Shown in pieces: positions 9,564 through 19,613 of a stretch of 64,000 nucleotides of DNA. Origin of the DNA: Candidatus Heimdallarchaeum aukensis (GTDB lineage Archaea > Asgardarchaeota > Heimdallarchaeia > Heimdallarchaeales > Heimdallarchaeaceae); assembly GCA_021513695.1 (NCBI GenBank), contig CP084166.1, positions 992,001-1,056,000 of the forward strand, given 5' to 3'. Both the position numbers and the translations under genes were made by a program. Below the pieces are notes generated by a model. The model was not told the DNA's origin and ran no database searches. It saw nothing but the letters and a program-made list of their open reading frames with translations. Within the stretch, counting starts at the first letter, position 1; every line of letters starts with the position of its first letter.

Positions 9564-10313
9564 ATGACCTATATGATAAAGACACTAAATTTGACAAAAT
9601 CATTCAAAGAAAAAGTAGCTGTAAATAACATGAACTTACTTGTACCAAAAGGTACTATATATGCTCTTCTTGGACCTAATGGGGCAGGAAAAACAACCAC
9701 TATTCGTTTACTTTTAGGTTTGTTAAAACCTGATTATGGAAAAATCGAAATAAATAACATTGATGTTGTATCACAACCTAAGGAAATAAGAGGAAAAATA
9801 GCCCTATTGCCCCAAATATCTGCTGCATACCATGATCTGACTCCAATGCAAAATATAAAATTCATACTTGAGTTAAATAATATTCAGTTTGATGAGGTAA
9901 AAGCGGAATTAAACTATTATTTGAGAAGGTTAGAAATAACAGCTGATCTTCTTCTAAAACCTTTCTCCAAACTATCAGGAGGAGAACAAAGAGCTATTTC
10001 TTTTATCATGACCATTATACTAAATAAAGACTTTCTTATCCTAGATGAACCTACAAGTGGGCTCGATATCTCTAGAGGAAAATATGTTCGCGAAATAATT
10101 CTTGATCTCGCGAAAAAAGGAAAAACGATAATGTTATCTTCCCATATTATCTCAGATTTGGAAGAACTGGCAGAGTATTGCGGTATAATGAAAAATGGTT
10201 TTCTCACTTTCCAAGATAAAAAAGAGAAGCTTATAGAGAAGTATGCTCCGAACACTGAAGATTTCGAAGAAGCTATTATACAAGCATTTAGAGCTCCTAT
10301 AAACGGTGAATAA
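9564..10313 (+). CDS. ABC transporter ATP-binding protein
   Basis: Walker A GPNGAGKTT, ABC signature LSGGEQR, Walker B FLILDEPTSGLD and H-loop SSHI. Confidence 0.9.
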   Translation: MTYMIKTLNLTKSFKEKVAVNNMNLLVPKGTIYALLGPNGAGKTTTIRLLLGLLKPDYGKIEINNIDVVSQPKEIRGKIALLPQISAAYHDLTPMQNIKFILELNNIQFDEVKAELNYYLRRLEITADLLLKPFSKLSGGEQRAISFIMTIILNKDFLILDEPTSGLDISRGKYVREIILDLAKKGKTIMLSSHIISDLEELAEYCGIMKNGFLTFQDKKEKLIEKYAPNTEDFEEAIIQAFRAPINGE

Positions 10314-11541
10314 GATGAAAGAAACTAAAAAGACTTTGAAGAAAAAATTAAACTTACAACAATTTAAGGCAATTTTAAAGAAAGATTTATCCTTACTATT
10401 TAGAAAAAAAATAGCTTTCTTCATATTTGGAGGACCGTTCTTATTAATGTTTTTTATGTTTATAATCCCAACTCTTTTTTCGACTTCTACTCAATTGAAT
10501 CTTCTGATATATAATGAAGATCAAGGATACATGGATCAAAATATAGGGGACTTAATAGTTCAATCATTAAATCTATATTATTCATCAAATGATTCTCTTG
10601 TATCAGTAATTTTGGTCGATAATTACTCTGCAATTTTAAAAACAGAAGACCTGGGATTATATATTCCCTCGAATTTTTCTACTCTCGCATTTTCTTCATC
10701 ACCAAGTTTGTACATAGTTGATACCCTACAAACAATCACTTCTCAAACGCAAATATCAATTATCTACAATATTTGTCAGAAAGTCATGACCACTGCTATA
10801 GCAAATAGATCTATTCCTGACATTCAAACTGTTCAAGTTTCTCCAGTTTCAGGAACAGGAGAACAAAGTCTAAGCGTTAAAGCTTCAATTGTCGCGTATC
10901 CTCTGGGATATATGATCTTTTTACTGATTGCATTGAACTCTTCATCAAATAGTCTAATAGGTTTTGCAAGAGAAAAAAGAATGCGAACTATGGAAATAAT
11001 GCTAGCATATACAATAAACCATCGTTCTCTCATTATCTCAAAAGTAATTACTGGCGTAGTAGCTTCTGTAGGGTCAACACTCTCTTATTTTCTAGGAGTA
11101 GGAGCTGCAGCATTAATTATTAATAGAAACTCTGAAACTAATTTCTTTGATATCTTTTCTTTAAATCTTAACTTGCTCAATTTTTGGGATATTCTTTTGG
11201 TAATATTGAGTGTAATTGTTGCTCTATTTCTTTCTACTTTAATGACTATGGCCGTTGACTGTAATTTAACAAGAGAAGCTAGTGAAAGATTAAGCCCTTT
11301 GATATCAATAGGCTTTAGTTTCTTCTTCTATTTCTTGATAATTGTAAATCCTTTTGCTTTTTCAACAGCGTTGATGATTAATCCTTTTTATTGGCCATAT
11401 AGACTTGTACTACTAGTAGTATCAAAGAAATTCACCATAGAGGTGATAATATATATAATTGAAATCATATCATTAACTTTCATACTAATATATTTTGCAA
11501 CAAGAGGAATTGAAAAAGAGAAAAACTTATACTTAGAATAA
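10306..11541 (+). CDS. ABC-2-type transporter permease
   Basis: It starts immediately after, or overlapping, the ATPase stop (GTG 10306 or ATG 10315). One N-terminal TM helix, a large extracytoplasmic loop and 5 C-terminal TM helices give the typical ABC-2 topology. Confidence 0.65.
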   Translation: MNKMKETKKTLKKKLNLQQFKAILKKDLSLLFRKKIAFFIFGGPFLLMFFMFIIPTLFSTSTQLNLLIYNEDQGYMDQNIGDLIVQSLNLYYSSNDSLVSVILVDNYSAILKTEDLGLYIPSNFSTLAFSSSPSLYIVDTLQTITSQTQISIIYNICQKVMTTAIANRSIPDIQTVQVSPVSGTGEQSLSVKASIVAYPLGYMIFLLIALNSSSNSLIGFAREKRMRTMEIMLAYTINHRSLIISKVITGVVASVGSTLSYFLGVGAAALIINRNSETNFFDIFSLNLNLLNFWDILLVILSVIVALFLSTLMTMAVDCNLTREASERLSPLISIGFSFFFYFLIIVNPFAFSTALMINPFYWPYRLVLLVVSKKFTIEVIIYIIEIISLTFILIYFATRGIEKEKNLYLE

Positions 11542-11547
11542 GAAAAG

Positions 11548-12024
11548 TTACTGAATATTTTTCCAAATAATCCAAATTAGGCCATTTAAAGCTGAAACCA
11601 TTGCAAAGCTGACAAATATGATGAAAAGAACATCAATAAATTGCTTCCTGAAAATCGATAGTTTACCTATAGAATTATCCTCCTTTTCTGGGGGAGTAAC
11701 CTTTTTTCTGTTTGTAGAAGCATAGAGTTCTACTAAACCACCAAAGATAGTATTACTAATTGCAATGAATATGTCAACACTCTCTTTAATGCCTTGAGAA
11801 AAACGTAATAGAGAGTAGATAACAGCAAACATGAAAAATGCACTAGACGCAATCATAGGAATGATATAGAACCTGGGGTATTCATACCAATATGAAACTA
11901 GTTCATTTGAACAGACAGGACAATCATGCTTTTCAACAATGTCTTTTTTTCTTGTAAATAGTTTGAATAGAAAAACCTCTTTTTTGCAACTAGTACAGTA
12001 GTGTTTTCGTTCAAGGAAAATCAT
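11548..12024 (-). CDS. Zinc-ribbon membrane protein
   Basis: N-terminal CTSCKK...CPVCSNE (CxxC-x22-CxxC) followed by several hydrophobic helices. Confidence 0.5.
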   Translation of the reverse strand: MIFLERKHYCTSCKKEVFLFKLFTRKKDIVEKHDCPVCSNELVSYWYEYPRFYIIPMIASSAFFMFAVIYSLLRFSQGIKESVDIFIAISNTIFGGLVELYASTNRKKVTPPEKEDNSIGKLSIFRKQFIDVLFIIFVSFAMVSALNGLIWIIWKNIQ

Positions 12025-12084
12025 TATAATTCTGCTTAAAATTGAATATAAAAATTCATCGATTTTAAGTTTAATTTGCTTTGC

Positions 12085-12098
12085 AAAACTTTTTAAAT
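12085..12098 (+). promoter_or_regulatory. BRE/TATA-like box aaaactttttaaat
   Basis: Same motif as the other promoters in the window. Here it lies about 50 nt upstream of ATG 12147, with a purine-rich aagaggt 8 nt before the ATG. Confidence 0.4.
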
Positions 12099-12146
12099 GT
12101 TCTTAAGTCGATGTTTTCAGTATTGTATACGTAAGAGGTTTAATAG

Positions 12147-14624
12147 ATGAAATTTACAAATCGGTTACAAGTACTGATTAATTCTGTAATAATTTTAAGT
12201 TTAATAACAGTAGGAATGGTTACATCTTCTGCAATTCAGATCAATTCAGAAGAGAATTCTTCTGTTAGAGAAACAATTACTGAGGATACAGTCTGGGAAG
12301 GTATAACAATCTACATTAATGAATCAATGCTTTTCAATGCCAAATTAACAATATCTAACTCAATTGTAATTTTTAAAGCAAATGCTACAAATGAGGTTAT
12401 TTTAGAAATAGGGGATACTTTAAACATAACTGACAGTCAAATATTAGCAGATGATCCTGATTACAACGGAAAAATCAAAAGTTTGCTCGGAGAAGAAATA
12501 ATTATAAGTAATTCTGAAATAAAGAATATAGATATTAGCGTCAATAGTGCAGAAGTGACTATAATTGACTCAGTTTTTGACAACTGCTATGAAGTAAAAT
12601 TCTTGACATTGCCAGAAACAAGTATTATAGCAAGAAACACTTTCAAGAATAATGAAACAGGATTATCACTTACTTACTCTCCAATAGAGTTAATAAATAA
12701 TACTTTCGAGAACTTAGATATAGGTGTATCAGTATCCTCTAGCGAAGGTATTTTGATTAAAGGAAATTCCTTTACCAACATTGCAGAAACTGCTATTTAC
12801 CAAACAAAACAGGGTGCAACAATAGAAAATAATGAGTTTACTGATGTTAATCGTGGAATAACCATTCAACAATCCAAAGCTGTATTAATTAAAGAAAATA
12901 CTTTTGAAAAATCTTATACAGCTATCATGACTCTAGACTCAAGCTATGTTACTATATCTACAAACAGTTTCGCAAACAATGAATTTAGTATTGACATGTC
13001 TGAAACTTATTATTCTGAAGTTTCAGATAACACAATAGAAAACACAACTGAAATAGCAATGCAAATACTAGAGTCAGATTATGTTGATATTCTAAATAAT
13101 GAGATAACTAATAGTTCAATTGGAATAAAATTAAATGAAAATAGAGCTTCTGCAATTCAATATAACACAATTACAGATGCTTTACTTTCCATTGATATCG
13201 AACATTCAAGATCCATCGATGTGATAGCAAATACAATTATAAACTCTGAAACAGCAATGTATATCGAAGATTCAGACAAAGCAACTTTAACTGCAAATGA
13301 TATCTTGACTTCCAATATTGGTATATCCATTTGGTCTTCAACTTCTCCTGCATTATCAAGTAACAAAATACTTGATACTAATATAGGAACAGAGTTGATA
13401 CTTGTTTCAGAAGGGTTATTACTAGGAAATGAATTTACTAACTCTCAAATGGGTATTTATGTTGTAGATACCAGTGAAACAAAGGTTGTAGATGGAACAT
13501 TAGTTAATGTTGCAGATGGTATAAAAATAGTCGAAAGTCCTAATTTTGAAGTAAGTGGAAACACTTTTGAAGACATTTCTGGAGATGCAGTAATTTTTGA
13601 TGATAGCAATGACTCTGTTGTTTATCATAATAACTTTTACAATATTACTGGTAAATATGGTAGCATAATTGATTGTATTGTTAACTTTGAATACGAAGTT
13701 TCTAATGGAACAATTCACGGTAACTACTATGAAGGAGTAGACGAAACATCAGTCTATATTGACACAGTCACTTATGAAGGAAAAGAAATTGAAATCTATG
13801 ACAATCATCCATTGACAGAAAAATACACTGTTCCTCCAGCAATAAGTGTTGTAGAAAGAGATGTACAAGATCCTGATGACACAATGATCGTAAATGTCAC
13901 AGCACAAATCTATAAACCATCAGAACTTTCAATTTCAGCATACTTAGATTACATGTCAAACTTTGATGATGATTGGACATCAGTTGAAATGACAATTGTA
14001 TCTTCTGTTGGTCAAATATACATCTATCAATCTTCTATACCTAAATTAGACTACGGACTTGAAATAACCTACAGGATTAGAGTAGTTTATGAATCTGAGT
14101 CTACTATATCAAGCAATTATACATATGTTGTCGAATACTCTGATGAAACACCTATCATCATTAATAATCCAACAGTAGTCGTAAGAGCTGAAGGTTCAGA
14201 TAAATTTACTTACACAAGTGTATACTATGATCTATACTATATAGTTGTGCAAGTTAGAGTAAAGAATCAAACAGCTAATCTCGCAAAAATAGATGGAAGA
14301 GATTATGTCAATATCTCATGGACATTAATAACAAATGAAGGAAATGAAACACATGATAACATAATGTTCTACAACACCACTACAGGAGTGTTCGAACTAG
14401 AATTAGGAAAGTTTACAGCCAATTCTAACATTACTTATCGAATATATGCAGAAGACGAACTAGGTAATTCAAGATGGACATTAGAAACCTATGAAATACA
14501 CATCACCTCTGAAACTACTGAAGAAACAGGTTTCGATAGCGTTACATTAATAGGAATAACAGCAAGTTTATTCATAATTCAAACTATAGTTGTTATTCAA
14601 AGAAGAAAAAGACAAGAAAACTAA
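12147..14624 (+). CDS. Surface protein with right-handed parallel beta-helix (PbH1/NosD-like) repeats and a C-terminal membrane anchor
   Basis: N-terminal signal/anchor segment. There are more than 10 iterations of an approximately 22-aa I-x-x-N-x-F/I-x-x-x-x-x-G-I repeat (for example IKGNSFTNIAETAIY, IENNEFTDVNRGITI, IKENTFEKSYTAIMT). The C-terminus is TLIGITASLFIIQTIVVIQRRKRQEN. Confidence 0.7.
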   Translation: MKFTNRLQVLINSVIILSLITVGMVTSSAIQINSEENSSVRETITEDTVWEGITIYINESMLFNAKLTISNSIVIFKANATNEVILEIGDTLNITDSQILADDPDYNGKIKSLLGEEIIISNSEIKNIDISVNSAEVTIIDSVFDNCYEVKFLTLPETSIIARNTFKNNETGLSLTYSPIELINNTFENLDIGVSVSSSEGILIKGNSFTNIAETAIYQTKQGATIENNEFTDVNRGITIQQSKAVLIKENTFEKSYTAIMTLDSSYVTISTNSFANNEFSIDMSETYYSEVSDNTIENTTEIAMQILESDYVDILNNEITNSSIGIKLNENRASAIQYNTITDALLSIDIEHSRSIDVIANTIINSETAMYIEDSDKATLTANDILTSNIGISIWSSTSPALSSNKILDTNIGTELILVSEGLLLGNEFTNSQMGIYVVDTSETKVVDGTLVNVADGIKIVESPNFEVSGNTFEDISGDAVIFDDSNDSVVYHNNFYNITGKYGSIIDCIVNFEYEVSNGTIHGNYYEGVDETSVYIDTVTYEGKEIEIYDNHPLTEKYTVPPAISVVERDVQDPDDTMIVNVTAQIYKPSELSISAYLDYMSNFDDDWTSVEMTIVSSVGQIYIYQSSIPKLDYGLEITYRIRVVYESESTISSNYTYVVEYSDETPIIINNPTVVVRAEGSDKFTYTSVYYDLYYIVVQVRVKNQTANLAKIDGRDYVNISWTLITNEGNETHDNIMFYNTTTGVFELELGKFTANSNITYRIYAEDELGNSRWTLETYEIHITSETTEETGFDSVTLIGITASLFIIQTIVVIQRRKRQEN

Positions 14625-14734
14625 AAAGTCTCTCTTTTACTTTTTATTTCTTTTTTATGTTTTTGAAAAAGTTTTATATTTATTTCAAACTCTTTAAATA
14701 AAACAGTTTATAAACAACACCGACATTTTTAATA

Positions 14735-15448
14735 TTGAAACTTCAAAAATTAAATAAGAAAAGAGGAAAAGTAATGAAAAAAAAATTTATTATGATTTTT
14801 TTGTTTATAGCTATTATATTTAGTTCAGTTCCCTTTTTGGCAAAAGGAGAAACGAAAACCGAAACTGTATTGGAAGAATATAATATAATTTTTGATTGGG
14901 GATATGTTTATTATTTTACAGAAACAACTCCTGCAAAGCAAACCGAAGTTACTCTTGAAATAAGTAGTGATCAATCTCTCATTTTCTTTGTATGCAATAA
15001 GGAAGACGCAGAAAACTACGCAAATGGTGAAGAAATAGATGTATATTATGTTAACTATGATGTGTCAGTTACAACATTAACTTTTGTTTTGGATGAAAAA
15101 AGAACCTATGACTTTGCTTTTGATAATACAAACTCAGAAAATGCTGCAGCTAACATCGATTATGTTATTATTACCTTTACTTATGAAACATCAAGCAGTG
15201 GATGGATAGTATGGGTTATTATCCTTGCAGCAGTAATTGGTTTTGTAATCTTAATTGTTAAAAAACGCAGCAAACCTACTGCAGAAGGGTACATTCAACC
15301 TTCACAATATACTGCCTATGAACCTCCTTCAACAGTTCAACAAACCTATCAACAACCAGTGACGCCGTCTAATTATTGTACAAATTGTGGAGCAACAAAT
15401 GAAGAAAACGCAATGTTTTGTACTAACTGTGGAGCAAAACTAGTTTGA
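14735..15448 (+). CDS. Single-pass membrane protein with C-terminal double zinc ribbon
   Basis: The likely true start is ATG 14774 (MKKKFIMIFLFIAIIFSSVPFLAKGE signal). TM segment WIVWVIILAAVIGFVILIV, a P/Q/Y-rich linker, then CTNCGATNEENAMFCTNCGAKL. Confidence 0.55.
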   Translation: MKLQKLNKKRGKVMKKKFIMIFLFIAIIFSSVPFLAKGETKTETVLEEYNIIFDWGYVYYFTETTPAKQTEVTLEISSDQSLIFFVCNKEDAENYANGEEIDVYYVNYDVSVTTLTFVLDEKRTYDFAFDNTNSENAAANIDYVIITFTYETSSSGWIVWVIILAAVIGFVILIVKKRSKPTAEGYIQPSQYTAYEPPSTVQQTYQQPVTPSNYCTNCGATNEENAMFCTNCGAKLV

Positions 15449-15540
15449 TTGTTGTAAGAAAGTGATGAATAATGTTTCCACTTTTTCTTTTTCTTGAACT
15501 AAAAATTTCTAGTAAAATAAAAATAGATTTTATTACTATA

Positions 15541-15564
15541 CAAAACTCTTTAAATGTTTAAATA
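15541..15564 (+). promoter_or_regulatory. BRE/TATA-like box caaaactctttaaatgtttaaata
   Basis: The TATA-like ctttaaat lies about 25 nt upstream of ATG 15574/15583. Confidence 0.4.
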
Positions 15565-15573
15565 ATTCAAGGG

Positions 15574-16323
15574 ATGAGGAAAATGGGTCATTATGTACCA
15601 AAAAGAAGAAAATTCATCGATCGTAGGAATTTAGTTCAAAATATAGTTTTAGGAGTAGTATTAACAGCATCGGTTGTATTAGGTTTTATTTCAGGAAATC
15701 CCCTTTTTAAAATAATCGGATTTATTATTATTGCAATACTCACGGGGACATTCTTCTCTGGAGTTATGATCCGCTTTTTGACAGGAAGAGGATATGCTAT
15801 AGCTAGTGCTATAAATGAACTATTGTATATTTTTGTAGCTATACCAATAATTGTGATGGCTGCGACATACTTACCTGTTAGTATATATCTAACCTTTTTC
15901 GGAACTCAATGGTCATCACAAATCTTGATTGGAATATTTTTTATTACTGGAATGTTAATGTTAGGTTCCATTCTCTATCTAATTAAAGGTCATCTTAGAG
16001 ATAAGAAAATGGGTTTATTTAGCTACATAGCCTATTTATTTGATTTTGAAAAAAGAGCTCAAGAAAGAATAAAACAAAAAGAAAGAGTGAAAAGAATTGA
16101 TGAATTCTATGCTGGATTTCATCAAATAGAATCTGCTGTAGCTGCTAAAATGGAAAAAAGAATGACTGGTTTCCAAGAGTTTGATTGGAAAGCAAGATTG
16201 AACGAGACTCCAGAATGGATGAAAGAACAAGAGCAGGAACAAGAGCAAGAGCAAGAGCAAGAACAAGAGCAGGAACAAGAGCAAGAGCAAGAGCAAGAAC
16301 AAGAGCAGGAACAAGAAAATTAG
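15574..16323 (+). CDS. Membrane protein with C-terminal (EQ)n low-complexity tail
   Basis: Four or five TM helices, then a charged coiled segment, then 20 or more Glu-Gln dipeptides encoded by the tandem repeat at 16225-16316. Confidence 0.55.
   Translation: MRKMGHYVPKRRKFIDRRNLVQNIVLGVVLTASVVLGFISGNPLFKIIGFIIIAILTGTFFSGVMIRFLTGRGYAIASAINELLYIFVAIPIIVMAATYLPVSIYLTFFGTQWSSQILIGIFFITGMLMLGSILYLIKGHLRDKKMGLFSYIAYLFDFEKRAQERIKQKERVKRIDEFYAGFHQIESAVAAKMEKRMTGFQEFDWKARLNETPEWMKEQEQEQEQEQEQEQEQEQEQEQEQEQEQEQEN
16225..16316 (+). repeat. Perfect tandem repeat, 36-nt unit x about 2.6
   Basis: gaacaagagcaggaacaagagcaagagcaagagcaa at 16225-16260 is repeated exactly at 16261-16296, and its first 20 nt recur at 16297-16316. 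Each unit encodes (EQ)6. Confidence 0.95.
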
Positions 16324-16393
16324 ATATACTTAAGCTTAAAGCAGTTCTAAAAAAATAGTATAAAAATATACTTTATAAACTAAATTAATTTTT

Positions 16394-17050
16394 TTGATTA
16401 AAATGATTAAAGTTGTTATTTTTGATTTTGATGGGGTAATTTCTGATTCAAAAAGAGCATACGCTCTGCAAATGCAAGAAACAATAAAAAAGATTTCAGG
16501 AAAAGATATCTCTATTTCAGAGTTTGATAAAAGGGGAGGAAATACTGATCAAATAGACGATTTCAAGCATTTGTTACAAACAGAAGATAGAAGTGTTCTT
16601 GATAAAGCGTCAAAAATATATCAAGAATTAACTGTAAAATATAAAAACATGCGTAAACTTTATCCTGGAGTGAAAGAAACTCTGAAGAAAGTTAGAGAAA
16701 TGTGTAAAATAGCAATTGTGTCAAGAAAAGAACAAAATAGGTTAATTGAATGGATCAATTTTTATTCTATTGGTGAACTCATAGATAAAGCAATAGGAAC
16801 ACTTGACCATTCTAAAGCTCCAGCAATTAAAAGAGTTCTTGAAGAGTTCAATTGCCAACCAGAAGAAGCTCTAATGGTGGGAGATACTGCATTTGATATT
16901 GTAAGTGCAAAAGAAGCAAAGGTTAGAAGCGTTTTAGCAAAGTATGGAACAACAATGTATGAAGAAGCTGTTGAACAAAAACCAGACTTTATTATTGACT
17001 CAATAAGCGAAATTATAACATTAATAAATCAGCTAAATAATGAAGAGTGA
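16394..17050 (+). CDS. HAD-superfamily hydrolase (phosphatase-like)
   Basis: Motif I VVIFDFDGVISDS (DxDG), motif II VSRK, motif IV MVGDTAFD. The probable start is ATG 16403. Confidence 0.8.
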   Translation: MIKMIKVVIFDFDGVISDSKRAYALQMQETIKKISGKDISISEFDKRGGNTDQIDDFKHLLQTEDRSVLDKASKIYQELTVKYKNMRKLYPGVKETLKKVREMCKIAIVSRKEQNRLIEWINFYSIGELIDKAIGTLDHSKAPAIKRVLEEFNCQPEEALMVGDTAFDIVSAKEAKVRSVLAKYGTTMYEEAVEQKPDFIIDSISEIITLINQLNNEE

Positions 17051-17061
17051 ATTCCAAAAGT

Positions 17062-17075
17062 AACTTTTTAAATAT
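17062..17075 (+). promoter_or_regulatory. BRE/TATA-like box aactttttaaatat
   Basis: It lies about 24 nt upstream of ATG 17094, which implies a leaderless transcript. Confidence 0.4.
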
Positions 17076-17093
17076 CCCAATACATTTCTTTTT

Positions 17094-17891
17094 ATGAAAA
17101 TTGGCTTCTTTCAATTTGAACCTAAATTTTTAGATGTAGAAGAAAATATAAACCAGATTATATCTGAATTAGAAAAATCTCAAACTTTTGATTTGATAGT
17201 TTTACCAGAGTTAGCTAATTCAGGTTACCTCTTTAAGAAAAAGGAAGAGTTAGAACAAGTAGCTGAAGAAATACCTGGGGGAACATTTGTTTCACATTTA
17301 GAAAGCATTTGCAAGAGTAAGAATGCATATATTGTTGCTGGAGTTGCAGAAAAAAAAGGTTCAATATTCTTTAATTCTTCAGTGTTAGTTGGTCCTGAAG
17401 GGTATGTTTCTACTTATAGGAAGTTACATCTGTTTGATAGAGAGAAACTGTTTTTTGAACCAGGTAATAAACCGTTAGAAGTCTATGATATTGGAAAAGC
17501 CAAAGTGGGATTAATGATTTGTTTTGATTGGATATTCCCTGAAACAGTTAGAGTCCTTGCTCTAAAAGGTGCTGAAATCATATGTCACTCTGCAAATCTT
17601 GTTTTACCGTACAGTCAAACAGCAATGTTAGCACGATCAGTAGAAAATGCAGTCTTTACAATAACAGCAAATAGGATTGGAACAGAAAAAAATGATGAAC
17701 TTATCTTAAGTTTTACAGGACAAAGCCAGATTACATCTCCAAAAATGAAAACTCTAGCTAAAGCAGAAAAAGATACAATAGAAATAAAAATTGTTGAAAT
17801 AGACCCTGAATTGGCAAAAAATAAGTGGATAAATGAAAGAAATAATTTATTCGAGGATAGAAGAGTAGATTATTACGCAATTTTAACCTAA
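17094..17891 (+). CDS. Carbon-nitrogen hydrolase (nitrilase superfamily)
   Basis: The Glu-Lys-Cys triad contexts are all present: VLPELANSGY, YRKLHLF and GLMICFDWIFPE. Confidence 0.85.
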   Translation: MKIGFFQFEPKFLDVEENINQIISELEKSQTFDLIVLPELANSGYLFKKKEELEQVAEEIPGGTFVSHLESICKSKNAYIVAGVAEKKGSIFFNSSVLVGPEGYVSTYRKLHLFDREKLFFEPGNKPLEVYDIGKAKVGLMICFDWIFPETVRVLALKGAEIICHSANLVLPYSQTAMLARSVENAVFTITANRIGTEKNDELILSFTGQSQITSPKMKTLAKAEKDTIEIKIVEIDPELAKNKWINERNNLFEDRRVDYYAILT

Positions 17892-17947
17892 AAATAATAA
17901 AAAAAACATCAAAACCTTTTTTAAATTTTAGTAGATTATAATTAGTT

Positions 17948-18841
17948 GTGAGGATTATGAGTGTTGAAGAGTATTCAGGTAAAGACAGAGTTAATTTGGA
18001 GTACCTTGTGAAAGTGATTGATGATTTAATTAAAAAAACAAATCTTATTGAGAAAATGTTAACTGATGAAAAAGAGGGTAGAATTAATCAATATAAAGAA
18101 TTAACAAAGAAAATTGAAAAAAGTGAAAAAGAAACTAAAAGTATTAACACTCAACTGTCAAATTTAAAAACAAAACAACTGTCAAGCCTTTCTAAAGAAA
18201 TTGAAGATTCAAAGAAGGCGTTATTAATTATAAAAGAAAGAATTGATGAAAAAGATAAAGATATTGAAAATCTTGAGATGAAAATTAGTGAAGTAAACAA
18301 ACTGTTTGAACAGTTTAAATCTAATCTAAACGAAGAAAAACAGATCAGAGAAGAAAAAGAACAAGAAATACAAGAGCTAAAAGAAAAGAATAGCGAACTA
18401 AGCATAAGGTTAGAAGAAAAAGAAGAAAGACTGAAACAACTTGAGAATGAATTAACAAAATTAAAAGAACAACTAGGTTCATTGAAAGATAAAAAAGAAA
18501 ATCTTACTTCTAAAATTGAGAAATTAAAGGAAGAAAAGAAAGAACTAAACGAAAAATTGAAAGAAATCGAAAAAGAATATAAAAACTACAAAGACAATAT
18601 GGAACCAGTAATTGCTCAAAATACACATATTAAAAAACTACTTGACGAGAGTTTACAAGGAAAAATATATCTTTACTTACTAGAAAAATATCCAAAAACA
18701 TCAAATATTGATGATATAGCGAAAGAAATAGACTCTCCTGCTGTGAAAATAAAGTCAGAAATACTAGCAATGCAAGAAATGGGTGTAATAAGATACAATA
18801 CTGATACAAGAGAAGTTTTTATCACAGAAAAAAAAGTCTAA
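17948..18841 (+). CDS. Coiled-coil protein with C-terminal winged-helix-like domain
   Basis: About 200 aa of heptad-rich E/K/L sequence, then IYLYLLEKYPKTSNIDDIAKEIDSPAVKIKSEILAMQEMGVIRY (wHTH-like). The probable start is ATG 17957. Confidence 0.45.
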   Translation: MRIMSVEEYSGKDRVNLEYLVKVIDDLIKKTNLIEKMLTDEKEGRINQYKELTKKIEKSEKETKSINTQLSNLKTKQLSSLSKEIEDSKKALLIIKERIDEKDKDIENLEMKISEVNKLFEQFKSNLNEEKQIREEKEQEIQELKEKNSELSIRLEEKEERLKQLENELTKLKEQLGSLKDKKENLTSKIEKLKEEKKELNEKLKEIEKEYKNYKDNMEPVIAQNTHIKKLLDESLQGKIYLYLLEKYPKTSNIDDIAKEIDSPAVKIKSEILAMQEMGVIRYNTDTREVFITEKKV

Positions 18842-19107
18842 GATATTTTTAGTTAATTTTTTTATCATTCTTTTATTTGAAAAAATAAGTAATACAAAAA
18901 AGAAAATGTATTACGACTTGTTTTTGATTTATCAACTCTAAGCCTATTTAAAAAAATCTTTTAATTAGGAAAAACTATTTTAATGGAATAAAGTGCTTTT
19001 TCAAAAAACTATGTAGTTGAGTGTGGTGCATATAAAATAAATATTTGTGGAGTAACTTTTTACTTTTGTGCATGGTAAGGTTTATAAAAATTTAATAAAA
19101 AAATAAC

Positions 19108-19368
19108 TTGATGATGCAAACGAAGTTTCCTATTCCTTACTCAACGGACAGTGAAAGAGAAGAATTTATTGATCATATGTTTTGCCCTATTTGTAAACTG
19201 TCAAGCAAAAAAGATATTGTCTCTAAGTCCGAGTTAGAAGAGCAAAGAATTACCTATATTGTATTCACTCTTCGTTGTGATAACTGTGATAAACTGTATG
19301 AAGTAACTTTTTTTGACGAAAATCAAATAGATTCAATTGAAAAATTGAAAACTTATTCATTTTATTAA
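19108..19368 (+). CDS. Small zinc-finger protein
   Basis: CPICK...CDNCD (CxxC-x28-CxxC). A TATA-like tttataaa lies about 25 nt upstream of ATG 19111. Confidence 0.4.
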   Translation: MMMQTKFPIPYSTDSEREEFIDHMFCPICKLSSKKDIVSKSELEEQRITYIVFTLRCDNCDKLYEVTFFDENQIDSIEKLKTYSFY

Positions 19369-19613
19369 CTTCTAATTTTATTCATATCTCTAAATCTATT
19401 AAGTTGTTCTTCATCATAGAATTTCAAAGGAAAAACTACAAAAAAATAATTTCACCTGATAATGGTCAAATTAAAGGTGTAGTTCTCTTCTTCTTTCTTT
19501 TTTGTTGTAAACAACAACAATGATTACTTGTTTTACACTTTGGACAATACATTCTGATCTTTAACTATATGAATTTTTCATTTGTTCCTTTATATGTTTA
19601 AGTAAACACAAGC

